Of a stretch of 64,000 nucleotides of DNA, positions 16,894 through 26,639 are shown one piece after another. Location of the stretch: the NCBI GenBank assembly GCA_029855935.1, contig JAGSHN010000025.1, positions 32,001 through 96,000 on the forward strand. The letters are read 5' to 3'. The stretch comes from Candidatus Thorarchaeota archaeon. Lineage in GTDB: Archaea; Asgardarchaeota; Thorarchaeia; Thorarchaeales; Thorarchaeaceae. The notes under the pieces are model-generated. The model searched no databases and was not told the DNA's origin. It saw only the letters and a list, made by a program, of their open reading frames with translations. The stretch's first letter is position 1; every line of letters begins with the position of its first letter. The position numbers and the translations under genes are program-made.

Positions 16894-17865
16894 CTATTTG
16901 GCGACCAGCTTCTTGCGCCGGGCCTTGGACTTGGGCTTTGAACCCTCCTCCATCTCTGACTTGAAGAAGCTGATGAGATCGCTGAGACGCTCCTTCATCT
17001 CGGCCTTGATTGGAGTCAGAATTGCGTCCGGAGTGCCTTTGAGGAGCTCTATGCCGAGGACCTTCCCATCCTTCACTATCACCCGGGGAACGAATCCCTC
17101 CGCCATGAAGGTGCCCTCGGGCGGGTCCTTCACCAGCTCCAGTTTGCGCTCTATCTTCTCCTGCCCAAAGATCGAGGTCCTCCGTTCTGTGACCGTGTAG
17201 AGCTGGTTGTAGACTATCAATAGCTCTCGCCTGTAGCCCTCCGGTGGCTCTGTCTGCTCCAGCTCCCGGATCATCTCTTCAATCTCTGCGGGGGTGGCCA
17301 TGCCTGGAGCGGCAGCACGGGCCGAAGCGGCTGGTGCCGCCCTGCGTGGGGGCGGAGCCCTGGCCGCAGAGGTCGTGGGAGCAGGCGCGGGTGCGGCCTT
17401 ACTCGGGGCCGTTGCTGCAGCACTCTTTGGCGGAGGCGGCGGAGGCTTTGCCGCGGACTCGGGCGGAGCCTTTGCCTTCGGCGGAGGCGGCGGACGGGAT
17501 GCGGGTGCTGCCTCAGACTTGCCTGCGCTAGCCTTGGCGGCAGGAGGCTCCGGGGGCTTCTCGCCGGGCTTCAGGACCCTTGTCGCAGCCGTAGTGCCAT
17601 CCAAGGCAGAGAAGAACGTCGGCGGCTCTTCGCCCTCGTCTATGGGTCTGACCTTGAAATGGAAGCCATATTCCGATCTCAGGTTGGTAGCGACTCTTGC
17701 GCCGACAAACCTCTTTCTGATTCCAGCCTGACTGCCCTTCCACAAATAGATGCTCTTGGTCTCATCATCCACCACGCACAGCACCCTGGTGGAGTCGAGA
17801 TCGTCTTTTGAGAGTTCAATCTCCTGAAGAGTTCCGTCCTCGGAGACCTCGTAACCTACGACCAT
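16894..17865 (-). CDS. Asgard gelsolin-domain protein (1DGelX type) with Pro/Ala-rich linker
   Basis: LDSTRVLCVVD..KSIYLWKG...IDEGEEPPTF gelsolin repeat; poly-Pro linker; separate C-terminal domain (PPEGYRRELLI...). Confidence 0.85.
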   Translation of the reverse strand: MVVGYEVSEDGTLQEIELSKDDLDSTRVLCVVDDETKSIYLWKGSQAGIRKRFVGARVATNLRSEYGFHFKVRPIDEGEEPPTFFSALDGTTAATRVLKPGEKPPEPPAAKASAGKSEAAPASRPPPPPKAKAPPESAAKPPPPPPKSAAATAPSKAAPAPAPTTSAARAPPPRRAAPAASARAAAPGMATPAEIEEMIRELEQTEPPEGYRRELLIVYNQLYTVTERRTSIFGQEKIERKLELVKDPPEGTFMAEGFVPRVIVKDGKVLGIELLKGTPDAILTPIKAEMKERLSDLISFFKSEMEEGSKPKSKARRKKLVAK

Positions 17866-18169
17866 ATCTATCCACGACCGCCTGTGGACCCCGGATGAAC
17901 TCCGAGGTTAGTACCTAGCAGGTGTTCCACACATATGTCTGTCGTTCAGACTTCAAAAACAACCCTCACCTGAATCCTTTATTACTGTTTGTCCAACGAA
18001 CCACCTGCCCCAGTTCAGACCCAATCTTCGTTGAGGCCACAGTAAGGATATCAGACTCGTTTCTCTCCCTGTCGCATCGTGGGGGTGGAAGTGGAAGATG
18101 AGTCGAAACACCATACACACTATCCTTATCAGCCACGAGAGGAACAAGAAGTGTTGCGAGTGATTTGGG

Positions 18170-19342
18170 ATGAACGAGGATGAAAATCCCCTGTCATTCT
18201 ACGTGAAGCAGTTATCCGAGACGCGACAGCTGTCCATCAGCGAGATAGTTGCGGGCATAGTGGTCTCATTTCTGCTGATGGGGGCGTCCACATTTGGGCT
18301 GCTTTTCTACGTTGCATCTCTGACACCAATCAGCTTTGCAATGGACCAGATCATCAGATACACTCTGTACCTTGTTGTGGGCCTTGCGGCGGCCACTGTC
18401 ATTGGAATTGTCATCTGCTACGTGATGTACAAGAGGCCCCGGACCATCACACCGCTGCTCAAAGTCCACTCGTACCTGAAGAGGGGTACGGGGGAATATT
18501 TTGTCTGCCCAGAGTTAGTCGACCAGTCATGGGACACGGTGATCAAAAGATCGCTCTATGGGTCAATCCTCGTAGTCGGCATTGCCCTCACAATCCTGAG
18601 CTTCGACCTGATGGGGACTGCGACCGAGGGTGACATCCTGCTCTTCGGTACATACGTGATGATAGCGAGTATTGTCGTACTACCTATCACGGTGATGCAG
18701 CTCTATTTCGCCCCGTGGGTGATAAAGGACTCCGGATTGTTCCATCTCGACGTACGCGACAGATCGCTGAGCAATGTTGGCGACGATCTTGAAGACCTGC
18801 TCGAGTTCGTTGCCGGGATTGACATAGTACTTGTATGGATTGAACTGACGATAAACACCGAGCTCTGGGTGGCGCCGTTCGTCATTCTGGTCATGATAGG
18901 GCCGCTGTTCTCCATTATGCTAAACTTCACACTCGTCTTCATGGCCGTCAAGAACCGGGCCGTTCTTGCAATGATCCAGCTGCTCATCGAGAGATATGGC
19001 GTGCCTGACATGGTCAAGTCACCGTCGTACATACGCGGGCGTGTTCTGAGCCTCGTGGAGAGTCGGATGCTGGCGGAGAGGGCGGTTGAGGCCGCGCAGG
19101 CAGCGGCCGCTTCGCTCACACCGACTGGCGAGGCACAAACACCCGTTGAATCGCTGATAGAACAGTACGAGGATGCCCGACGCGAGGTCGCAGAGAGCGG
19201 AGAGCGAGCAATAAGGGATGCACGGGAGAGCCTTGCAGAGAGTGCTGAGGCAAACGAGGAGCAGACCGTCAGAGTACTGAAGAGTAGCACCACACAGGAA
19301 GACGGGGAATCCAGTCCGGACGCTGAAGAGAAGGACCCTTGA
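18170..19342 (+). CDS. Multi-pass membrane protein with acidic coiled-coil tail
   Basis: About 6 hydrophobic segments and a charged C-terminal region of about 100 aa. Confidence 0.75.
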   Translation: MNEDENPLSFYVKQLSETRQLSISEIVAGIVVSFLLMGASTFGLLFYVASLTPISFAMDQIIRYTLYLVVGLAAATVIGIVICYVMYKRPRTITPLLKVHSYLKRGTGEYFVCPELVDQSWDTVIKRSLYGSILVVGIALTILSFDLMGTATEGDILLFGTYVMIASIVVLPITVMQLYFAPWVIKDSGLFHLDVRDRSLSNVGDDLEDLLEFVAGIDIVLVWIELTINTELWVAPFVILVMIGPLFSIMLNFTLVFMAVKNRAVLAMIQLLIERYGVPDMVKSPSYIRGRVLSLVESRMLAERAVEAAQAAAASLTPTGEAQTPVESLIEQYEDARREVAESGERAIRDARESLAESAEANEEQTVRVLKSSTTQEDGESSPDAEEKDP

Positions 19343-19378
19343 CCCAAGCGACACGGCGGACCGACTTGCCGATTTGAC

Positions 19379-20467
19379 TCAGCAAGTGCTTGTGTGCGGG
19401 CGCGAGGGCGGGATGACCACAGCATCTGAGGGCGCAAACCCGAACCAGACAGGATTGTCCCCTGACGAGCGTAGCGATCGTGCCAGCGAGGAGTCCCTCA
19501 CAATCGCCACCACCTGCTGGGCATCAAGCTGAAGCGTCACTCTGTATGAGCCTAGCTGGGGAACAACACTGCGAACACGTGCCTGAAGCATCTCGCCATC
19601 CTGTTTCTCCAGTGACACTACCACATCTTCGGGCTTGACAGAGAACGCCACGACCTCACCCTCCTCGGCCTCGCCCGCCACTGAGAAGACCGCACTGCCG
19701 ACACTCACCCTGATCGTGCCGTCGGAGGAGCCGACAACCGTCCCCCTGAAGACGTTGCCGCCTCCCAGAAAACGGGCAACAAACTCGTCCGCTGGATGCT
19801 CATAGATGTCCTCAGGGTCGCCGACCTGTACTATGATTCCGTCCCGAAGAATGGCGATCCGGTCCGAGATGGCAAAGGCCTCCTCCTGACTGTGCGTAAC
19901 ATAGATGGTTGTGACATTCAGTCTCCGCTGGATTCGCCGTATCTCCACCTGAAGGCGTTCCCTCAGCTCGGGATCGAGTGCTGAGAGAGGTTCGTCAAGA
20001 AGAAGTAGCTTCGGGTCACGGGCAAGCGCCCTCGCGAGTGCCACACGCTGTGCCTCGCCGCCGCTTATCTGGTCCACCCTTCGTCTGAGAAGGCGCTTTA
20101 TCCGCAGCATCGACGCCAGCTCCTCAACTCGCGCCACTACGTCCTTGTGTTGCCAGCCAGCCATATCCAGTGAGAAGGAGATGTTTTGAAAGACGGTCAT
20201 ATGGGGGAACAGAGCGGTGGACTGAAAGACCATCCCAATGTTACGCTCTCTGGGCGGAATGCTCAGGACTGACTGGCCGTCGAAGAGCAGGTCCCCCGAG
20301 TCTGGGGTGATGAAGCCCGCGATCATCCTGAGGGTCGTCGTCTTGCCTGCGCCCGACGGTCCAAGCAGAGTCACAAACTCACCATCCGCGATAGAAAGGT
20401 CGATGGGACCGATACTCGTCCCGTCTGCAAATACGCGCCTGAGCGCCAGAATGTCGACCCTGACCAT
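19379..20467 (-). CDS. thiQ: ABC transporter ATP-binding subunit (thiamine, ThiQ-like)
   Basis: GPSGAGKT, ISGGEAQR, LLLDEP, C-terminal TOBE-like region; in an operon with thiB/thiP. Confidence 0.85.
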   Translation of the reverse strand: MVRVDILALRRVFADGTSIGPIDLSIADGEFVTLLGPSGAGKTTTLRMIAGFITPDSGDLLFDGQSVLSIPPRERNIGMVFQSTALFPHMTVFQNISFSLDMAGWQHKDVVARVEELASMLRIKRLLRRRVDQISGGEAQRVALARALARDPKLLLLDEPLSALDPELRERLQVEIRRIQRRLNVTTIYVTHSQEEAFAISDRIAILRDGIIVQVGDPEDIYEHPADEFVARFLGGGNVFRGTVVGSSDGTIRVSVGSAVFSVAGEAEEGEVVAFSVKPEDVVVSLEKQDGEMLQARVRSVVPQLGSYRVTLQLDAQQVVAIVRDSSLARSLRSSGDNPVWFGFAPSDAVVIPPSRPHTSTC

Positions 20468-22134
20468 CAGATGGTGCCTCCAGCGGACTCGCCCGACACC
20501 CTCTCCATCACGAGGAAGGCGACGAGGCAGACGACCACCAGCACGAGTGCTGCGGCCCCCGCCTCAAGAAACTTTCTCACCGACAGGTATTGATAGATTG
20601 CCACTGCAAGCGTGTAGTTCTGTGGCAGCGCGATGAAGAGCGTCGCGGACATCTCCCCAATCGCCATCGCGAATGCAAAGACACCGCCGACCAAGATTCC
20701 CGGGGCGAGCAGCGGCAGCTCCACGAAGAAGAGCCTTTGAAGGCGAGTGGCACCCAAGATGTCAGCCTGTTCGAGAAGCTCAGGATCGATGTTGCGGCGG
20801 GCAACCTCTATGGCACGGGCACTGAAGGGAAGGCCAATGATCGTCTGTGCAATGACGATGAGAGGCCACGGGGTGATACTGAGGCGCAGCGGAACGGCAA
20901 TGGCTCGCATCAGCCCGTAGGCGATTGTGATTGACGACACACCGAGCGGTAGCAGTGTCATCGCTGTTGCGACGCCGCGCACTCCTGCTCGCTCTGAGAG
21001 CTGGGCATACGCCAGTGGGAGCCCAAGGACCAGAGCAGAGAGAGTCGCTAGGCCAGCGTAGACTACCGAGTTGATCAGCGCCGTGAGGCCCCCGCCCACT
21101 CCAGTGCGCAGCAGATTGGCGAAGCCTTCTGTACTGAACTCCCGCGTCACCGGATCATAGATGGCGCCGAGCACTATCGATGCGATTGGGCCGACCATCA
21201 GAATCAGCAGCAGGATAGCGTATACAGTGACGAGCAAGCGAGCCGACCGCGGGAGCTCCCGGAAAGATACTGTCTTGATTCTTGCCGACCGCCCTCCGTT
21301 CGCCACACCGCCGCTGAGGTACACATATGCGACAGCCAAGACCAGTGTGACGCCAAGCTGTAGCAGGGCCAGTGCACTTGCCTGTCCGTAGTCGAAGTAT
21401 CTGAATGCCGACCAGATCTGGACCTCGATAGTGGAATAGCGCCCCTGGCCGAGGGCCAATACTATCGGGAATGACATAAAACAGAACAGAAACGTGAGGA
21501 CTGCAGAGGCACCAAGCGCCGACCTGATGTGTGGTAGGATGACATAGCGCCACTTCTGCAGCGTAGTGGCCCCGAGAAGTTCAGCCATCTCCTCGACCTC
21601 TGGAGGCAGGGTCTCAAGCGACGAGGAGACCATCAGCGTGACAAGCGGGATATTGTAGAATACGTGAGCGAGGATGATGCCGGTCAGCCCGGTGGAGAGA
21701 TCAAAGACGGAGATGGCGGAACCGCTCATCGCCATCGCCACTGTGTCGATGACACCGTAGGGGCCAAACATACGGAGGAAACCAACAACAACCACAATTG
21801 GCGGCAACACAAAGGGGACAATCATGGCAGCGCGGACTACTCCCTTCCCTGAGAACTCCAGTCTGGCGAGAAGTGCGGCTGCAGGTAGACTCACAGCCAC
21901 AGTGATCACGGTGCTCAAAAGGGCCTGTTGGAGAGTGAAGGCAACAATCCTTTGTGTGACTGGCGAGAGTACCGTTTCTGCGAAGGTGGACCCGGGCCCG
22001 TACAAGAGGCCAGCAATCAGCACGTAGGTGACGGGATACACGACAAAGATCAGGAGGAGGAGTATCGGTGAGGCGATTACAACTGCCGAGAGGACGCTAC
22101 GTCGCCTCACCTCCACTCCGACCTCCGTCAGCAT
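20467..22134 (-). CDS. thiP: Thiamine ABC transporter permease (two fused TM domains)
   Basis: FTLQQALLST, PFVLPPIVV, ILAHVFYNIPL and two EAA-like loops. Confidence 0.88.
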   Translation of the reverse strand: MLTEVGVEVRRRSVLSAVVIASPILLLLIFVVYPVTYVLIAGLLYGPGSTFAETVLSPVTQRIVAFTLQQALLSTVITVAVSLPAAALLARLEFSGKGVVRAAMIVPFVLPPIVVVVGFLRMFGPYGVIDTVAMAMSGSAISVFDLSTGLTGIILAHVFYNIPLVTLMVSSSLETLPPEVEEMAELLGATTLQKWRYVILPHIRSALGASAVLTFLFCFMSFPIVLALGQGRYSTIEVQIWSAFRYFDYGQASALALLQLGVTLVLAVAYVYLSGGVANGGRSARIKTVSFRELPRSARLLVTVYAILLLILMVGPIASIVLGAIYDPVTREFSTEGFANLLRTGVGGGLTALINSVVYAGLATLSALVLGLPLAYAQLSERAGVRGVATAMTLLPLGVSSITIAYGLMRAIAVPLRLSITPWPLIVIAQTIIGLPFSARAIEVARRNIDPELLEQADILGATRLQRLFFVELPLLAPGILVGGVFAFAMAIGEMSATLFIALPQNYTLAVAIYQYLSVRKFLEAGAAALVLVVVCLVAFLVMERVSGESAGGTI

Positions 22135-22136
22135 GC

Positions 22137-23258
22137 TCAACCAGTCATTATGGCATCGTATTGGTCCAACCAGTCAGTGAGGTTGGCCTGTATCAGTGAC
22201 CTGTCAAGCAGTGTGTTCAGGGGCGCCACGTCGTCGGGATGTACGGCATACTGGTAGGCGTCGGGCAGAGTTGTGGAGGACGCCGCAGGGAACATCCACT
22301 GATTGAGGGCGATATGACTCTGCACCGCATCCGTGAGACAATAGTCGATGAAGGCCTTGGCGATGTCAGGATGCGGTCCGTTCTTGACAAGTCCAATGCC
22401 CTCTACCTGTAGCCACGCATAGTCAGCGTCATTGTAGTGGAACAGGGCAATGGCTGTGTGTGGAGCGGTTCCCGAGTAGTAGGCCGAATATGCCGGGTCC
22501 GTTCCATAGCTGACCATTATGTTCCGTGTCGGATCCTCGCTCCACTTCGACCACGCCTCCGACCACCCCTCCTGGACATCGATCTTATCACGCACCTGGT
22601 ACCACCAGTCGCGCCAGTCCTGACTCAGGATGGAATGATAGACAGCAACCTCGCTGAGGAAGAAGGCCAGTCCGGGGCTGCTCAGGCGAGGATTCTCAAT
22701 GACGAGCGAGGACGCGAGCGCGGGCTGGGCGAGATCGGCAAACGTGAGGTTGCCCAGCTCGGGGTTTGTGGTCTCGTTGATGAGGTTCCGTTCGTAGATG
22801 AGTGCCACTACTCCATAGTCAAACGGTGTCAGATAGTGGTCGGGGTCGAGAATGTTCACGAGCTCGGATGACACTAGGTCAAGGTTGGATGGAGTATAGG
22901 GAGTGAGTACCTGCCTCGCCTGCTCCTGCAGAATCAGTATGTTGTCAATTCCAATCACAACGTCAGCAATCGGATTCTCAGCCTCTGCGACCAACCGCGA
23001 GACAATCCCGCTCGCGTCGGTATTGAGGCGCACAATCTCTATGTCAACGCCATACTGCTGTTCGAAGGGGCCAAAGACCACATCATCGATGGTGTCAGGG
23101 TTGTCACCCCACATGAGCAGGCTGTCATAGGTGTAGACATAGATCTTGGGCTTCGGAGTCGCAAAGAAGGCAAAGGCTGCGACGACTATCGCAACGACGA
23201 CGACCAGTGCGAGTACAATCTTCCGTGGGTCTCTGCGACGGGGGTACTCGTCCATCAT
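22137..23258 (-). CDS. thiB: Thiamine ABC transporter substrate-binding protein
   Basis: VYTYDS, ADVVIGID, PRLSSPGLAF, GWSEAW, VSYGTDPAY, QVEGIG, NQWMFP; N-terminal TM anchor. Confidence 0.92.
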   Translation of the reverse strand: MMDEYPRRRDPRKIVLALVVVVAIVVAAFAFFATPKPKIYVYTYDSLLMWGDNPDTIDDVVFGPFEQQYGVDIEIVRLNTDASGIVSRLVAEAENPIADVVIGIDNILILQEQARQVLTPYTPSNLDLVSSELVNILDPDHYLTPFDYGVVALIYERNLINETTNPELGNLTFADLAQPALASSLVIENPRLSSPGLAFFLSEVAVYHSILSQDWRDWWYQVRDKIDVQEGWSEAWSKWSEDPTRNIMVSYGTDPAYSAYYSGTAPHTAIALFHYNDADYAWLQVEGIGLVKNGPHPDIAKAFIDYCLTDAVQSHIALNQWMFPAASSTTLPDAYQYAVHPDDVAPLNTLLDRSLIQANLTDWLDQYDAIMTG

Positions 23259-23267
23259 CAATCACCT

Positions 23268-23301
23268 TATATCTTAGTTATACAACCGAGTTATCGATAA
23301 C
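23268..23301. promoter_or_regulatory. Candidate ThiR operator between divergent thiB and thiR
   Basis: Tandem imperfect ATAAC-N3-GTTAT boxes (ATATC-TTA-GTTAT, ACAAC-CGA-GTTAT) and a perfect palindrome GTTATCGATAAC at 23290-23301. Confidence 0.6.
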
Positions 23302-23337
23302 AAGGCAGATAAATACATTACTGTACGTGGGACAACG

Positions 23338-24270
23338 ATGAGACCACCCTGTGAGATAGTCCAGAAGGAGTACCTGCCGGCAGTCAGGTCGATGCTCGCC
23401 ATCGCGCTTCACGAGCGAGGGATGTCTCAGAGCCGGGTTGCAGAGCAACTAGAGATCACGCAGGCGGCGGTCAGTAAGTACTTCAGTAGCCCGATCTTGC
23501 CAATGATTGGAAGAGATGCAATAGAGCACTTGGTGGATGACCTCGTCGACAGCATAGTGAGGGGCGAGGCCACAAGTGATCAGATGGTCCAGGCCTTGTG
23601 CTCGACCTGCATGATGCTGCGTGTAGGAGGTGACATCTGCCGCAGACACCGCGAGGTCGTCAACTCGCTTGAGAGAACAGAATGCACAATCTGCACACAT
23701 CTGCTCGGTGGTGAGGGACCCCTGAGGGGTCGTACTCAGGTCCTTATGGAGATGGAGAAGGCTGTACAGACGATAGAGCAGTGCAGAGAATTCGTGAGAC
23801 TGCTCCCCGAGGTGAGAGCAAGCCTCGTCGCGTGTTCTGAGAACGCTACCACGCCGGATGAGGTCGCCGGCGTACCGGGGCGAATAACCGACGTGGGAGG
23901 ACTTCCACGCGCGCCGGCTAGACCCGCGTTTGGGGCGTCACGGCACACAGCGGAGATACTGTTGAGGGTGAAAGAGAACCTCCCACAGGTACGTGCGTGT
24001 ATGTGCGTAGCAGCCGATGACGAGATCATCAATCTCGTGAAACGAGCGGGCTACAGAACATCTCTGCTCGACAGGCCAACCGGAGATGCTGATGAGATTG
24101 GCCGGGCCGCTGGCGACGTTCTGAGAGGGACACGAGCCAAGAAACTGGCTGTGCAGGTCCCTGGTGGGATGGGGATCGAGCCTGTTCTCTACCTCTTTGG
24201 AGAGTCACCCCAGACACTCGCTACGGACTGCGTGAGAATCGCCAAGTTGCTGGCCGAAGACCAACAATGA
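23338..24270 (+). CDS. thiR: ThiR-type regulator (HTH + ThiN-like domain)
   Basis: MRPPCE...SQSRVAEQLEITQAAVSKY HTH; LLPEVR, VAGVPGRI, PAFGASRH and GGMGIEP ThiN motifs; divergent from thiBPQ. Confidence 0.85.
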   Translation: MRPPCEIVQKEYLPAVRSMLAIALHERGMSQSRVAEQLEITQAAVSKYFSSPILPMIGRDAIEHLVDDLVDSIVRGEATSDQMVQALCSTCMMLRVGGDICRRHREVVNSLERTECTICTHLLGGEGPLRGRTQVLMEMEKAVQTIEQCREFVRLLPEVRASLVACSENATTPDEVAGVPGRITDVGGLPRAPARPAFGASRHTAEILLRVKENLPQVRACMCVAADDEIINLVKRAGYRTSLLDRPTGDADEIGRAAGDVLRGTRAKKLAVQVPGGMGIEPVLYLFGESPQTLATDCVRIAKLLAEDQQ

Positions 24271-24743
24271 GGGGCTCCCTCTCGGCGTTATGTGCAGGAA
24301 TGACTCTCGCACGAAGGGCGTGTATCGCACAGCTTTGATTATCAATCTGCGAAGCCACTGTTTCTTTGAGGACATGAGGCGAAACAGGTCGCACCGGTAC
24401 AATTCTGTAGCGTCGTTCTCAACAACTGCTCCAGCTCAGGCGCTGGACACCTCGCATATCCACTGCGAAAAGCAGTCCAGAGTTCGCACAGTAGGCTTCA
24501 ATTTCGTGCAGTGAGAACAATGACGGCATGGACATCTCAGAGCTTGGGGTCTGAACGCTTCTCATGCAATGCCGGTTACTCTCGATGGAGCATCATCCAC
24601 ATTTGGATTAGCTAGTAGCGGAGAACATACGCGAGATGCTCCAGATGCTTGAGTCTGCGTGGGATAAACAGGATATTTAATAAGATGCGTGTGGAGGAAA
24701 GGGCAGAGGTGAAGACATACCAAGCGCCCGGAGGAGTCGCTCT

Positions 24744-25139
24744 ATGCCGGAGGAGCAAAAGAAGGAAATCATCTTTGAATACGTGACCGGACCCGACTAC
24801 AGGGAGTTCTACGTGAACGGGGCGCGAGGGGGCATCCAAAGCGCATATCACTTGAGGATGGAATTCTACGTAGAGAAGCTGCGCATGCCCTTTACCAAGG
24901 AGAAACTTGAGGTGCTTCCTGACGGCACACAAAGGCGTGTTCCGCTTGATGGGGAGGACAAGAAAGTTGTCGAACGTGAGTTCAAAGTTGGGATTATGAT
25001 GCCCTTCTACGCGGTAAAAGAACTGTTCCGCTGGCTCAGTCAGCGCCTCCCGGAGATAGAGGCGATCGAGAAGGAAGCACTAGCCAACCCTCCGGCTTCC
25101 ACGAATCCGCCAGAAGAGGCAAAGAGGGATGATGAGTGA
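24744..25139 (+). CDS. Hypothetical protein (DUF3467-like)
   Basis: YREFYVNGARGG...LRMEFY...VVERE..VGIMMP..VKELFRWL pattern; TTTAATAA upstream. Confidence 0.6.
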   Translation: MPEEQKKEIIFEYVTGPDYREFYVNGARGGIQSAYHLRMEFYVEKLRMPFTKEKLEVLPDGTQRRVPLDGEDKKVVEREFKVGIMMPFYAVKELFRWLSQRLPEIEAIEKEALANPPASTNPPEEAKRDDE

Positions 25140-25576
25140 TGCTTCAAGACCCCGAGAGCATACTGACTAGGTATCCCGAAACATCCACCGACGAGTCGGT
25201 ACCATTTATTTACGAACTTGAAACGACTGGCGATCAAGTCATACTACTCGTCCGGGCTTCAGAGGCTTCGACGACGTCAATTCCCGCAGGACTGACGACC
25301 TTCGATGTTTCGGTGCTCCGTGAAGTTGCTCGGCTCAGACGTGAAGTGGAAACGATCAAGGGCCTGATTATTCATGAGCTTGATGAGATGCCGAAAGAGG
25401 AGCTAAAGGAGGTCATTCTCAAGCATGTGCAAGAGCATGGGGCGTTTTGGCCTGACGAGCTGGCCGATGAACTGAATCTAGACCCGTTCGACGTAATAGA
25501 TGCCTGCGAGGAGCTTGTGAACGAGGGGCGGTTGAAACCGCTGAACCCGGAGGAGGTGCCACGCGCGGATGAGTAA
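25136..25576 (+). CDS. Protein with C-terminal winged-HTH (antitoxin/regulator-like)
   Basis: ILKHVQEHGAFWPDELADELNLDPFDVIDACEELVNEGRL; overlaps the upstream stop codon. Confidence 0.7.
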   Translation: MMLQDPESILTRYPETSTDESVPFIYELETTGDQVILLVRASEASTTSIPAGLTTFDVSVLREVARLRREVETIKGLIIHELDEMPKEELKEVILKHVQEHGAFWPDELADELNLDPFDVIDACEELVNEGRLKPLNPEEVPRADE

Positions 25577-25736
25577 GCCGGGCGATGTGATTACGGCTAA
25601 AGAAGCCATCGTAAAGTATCGCGAATCCTCGCCACCACAGATACCGAAGTCTGCGCCTACGCCCGCATACGAGTGGGTGATATTCAAGCACAACGTCAGA
25701 ATCAGGACTGTTAGGCCTTACGGCGAAACGGATTGA
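25569..25736 (+). CDS. 55-aa microprotein 1
   Basis: Hand-translated MSKPGDVITAKEAIVKYR...RTVRPYGETD; GGAGG upstream; overlaps the wHTH gene end; resembles the next ORF. Confidence 0.45.
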   Translation: MSKPGDVITAKEAIVKYRESSPPQIPKSAPTPAYEWVIFKHNVRIRTVRPYGETD

Positions 25737-25742
25737 TGACGA

Positions 25743-25910
25743 ATGTACCACACGAGGGACTACGGTCCTTACGAGGCAGTCAAGAGCCAGTATCGTAAGA
25801 AACGCCGTGTGCGTCTCATTGGCAAGCGAGGGACTCACCCATATCTTGAGGCTAGGTTGATTGACGCGTTGATCATTGTAGAGCGTGTTCGTCCCTACGA
25901 TAAGACCTGA
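25743..25910 (+). CDS. 55-aa microprotein 2
   Basis: Hand-translated MYHTRDYGPYEAVKSQYR...ERVRPYDKT; same length as, and similar to, the preceding ORF. Confidence 0.45.
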   Translation: MYHTRDYGPYEAVKSQYRKKRRVRLIGKRGTHPYLEARLIDALIIVERVRPYDKT

Positions 25911-26138
25911 CGGGAAGGCCCGAAGTAGGGAGAACATAGAATCACACTTGCGAGAATAGCAACGTGAGAGAACAGTGTTCACCTCGGGCCCTCTGCGTCG
26001 TAGAAGGGACTATTCGTTCGGTCTGCATATCAGTACAACACTTCGCAACGGAGCGTGTGTGCTTGGCTTATCGAGGTTCTGTCCTGCCGTTTTCCCGGGG
26101 GAAGTCTTTTTACCGACCCATCAGGATGATGTGTAAGA

Positions 26139-26639
26139 ATGCCTGATGAACCAGCGTCTGATGATTCAGAGTTGAAATGCAAGGAACTACTACGTCTAGT
26201 GGACCTTTACATAGATAGAATCAAGAGCGAGTATCAAGAGAGAGCGCAAGCTAGGCTCTCAGGAATGGCCGTCTTGTACGGACTCTTTTTCGTTCTTGCA
26301 AATGCATTGGTAGGACTGCTGAAACTAATCATTGATACTGGCCTGCAATTTGTGTGGGAGTTCTACCTCTTGCTGTTCATGTTCTCCCTGAGTCACTCAA
26401 TAGTCGGAGGTCTAATAGTCTTCGAGTCGTTCATAGCAGGATACTCCAGAGCATTTAGGTTGGGCATGGTAATAGTGTTGATTTCAGTTCCGCAGCTCTT
26501 TCTCTATGTCTTCGGATTGCTGCTCGGGATTGATAGACCCCTAGCTACGGCGAGTCTCTTCCTAAACTCCGCTATGAGTGTGCTCGTTGCACGTCGCTGG
26601 GGCGCACCGAGAGATTTCGTCAGTGATTCGTACCCGTGA
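26139..26639 (+). CDS. Hypothetical membrane protein (about 4 TM)
   Basis: Charged N-terminal helix followed by four hydrophobic segments; lower GC than the flanking genes. Confidence 0.6.
   Translation: MPDEPASDDSELKCKELLRLVDLYIDRIKSEYQERAQARLSGMAVLYGLFFVLANALVGLLKLIIDTGLQFVWEFYLLLFMFSLSHSIVGGLIVFESFIAGYSRAFRLGMVIVLISVPQLFLYVFGLLLGIDRPLATASLFLNSAMSVLVARRWGAPRDFVSDSYP

Noticed and set aside
17294-17731. Gly/Ala-rich plus-strand ORF
   Set aside because: Antisense reading of the Pro/Ala linker of the gelsolin gene.
23262-23337. TPP riboswitch upstream of thiB
   Set aside because: The region is too short and AT-rich, lacks the CUGAGA core, and is better explained by a ThiR operator.
25731-25745. 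Selenocysteine readthrough at the in-frame TGA-TGA joining the twin microproteins
   Set aside because: Double stop, no redox-motif context, no SECIS recognised, and an ATG follows immediately.
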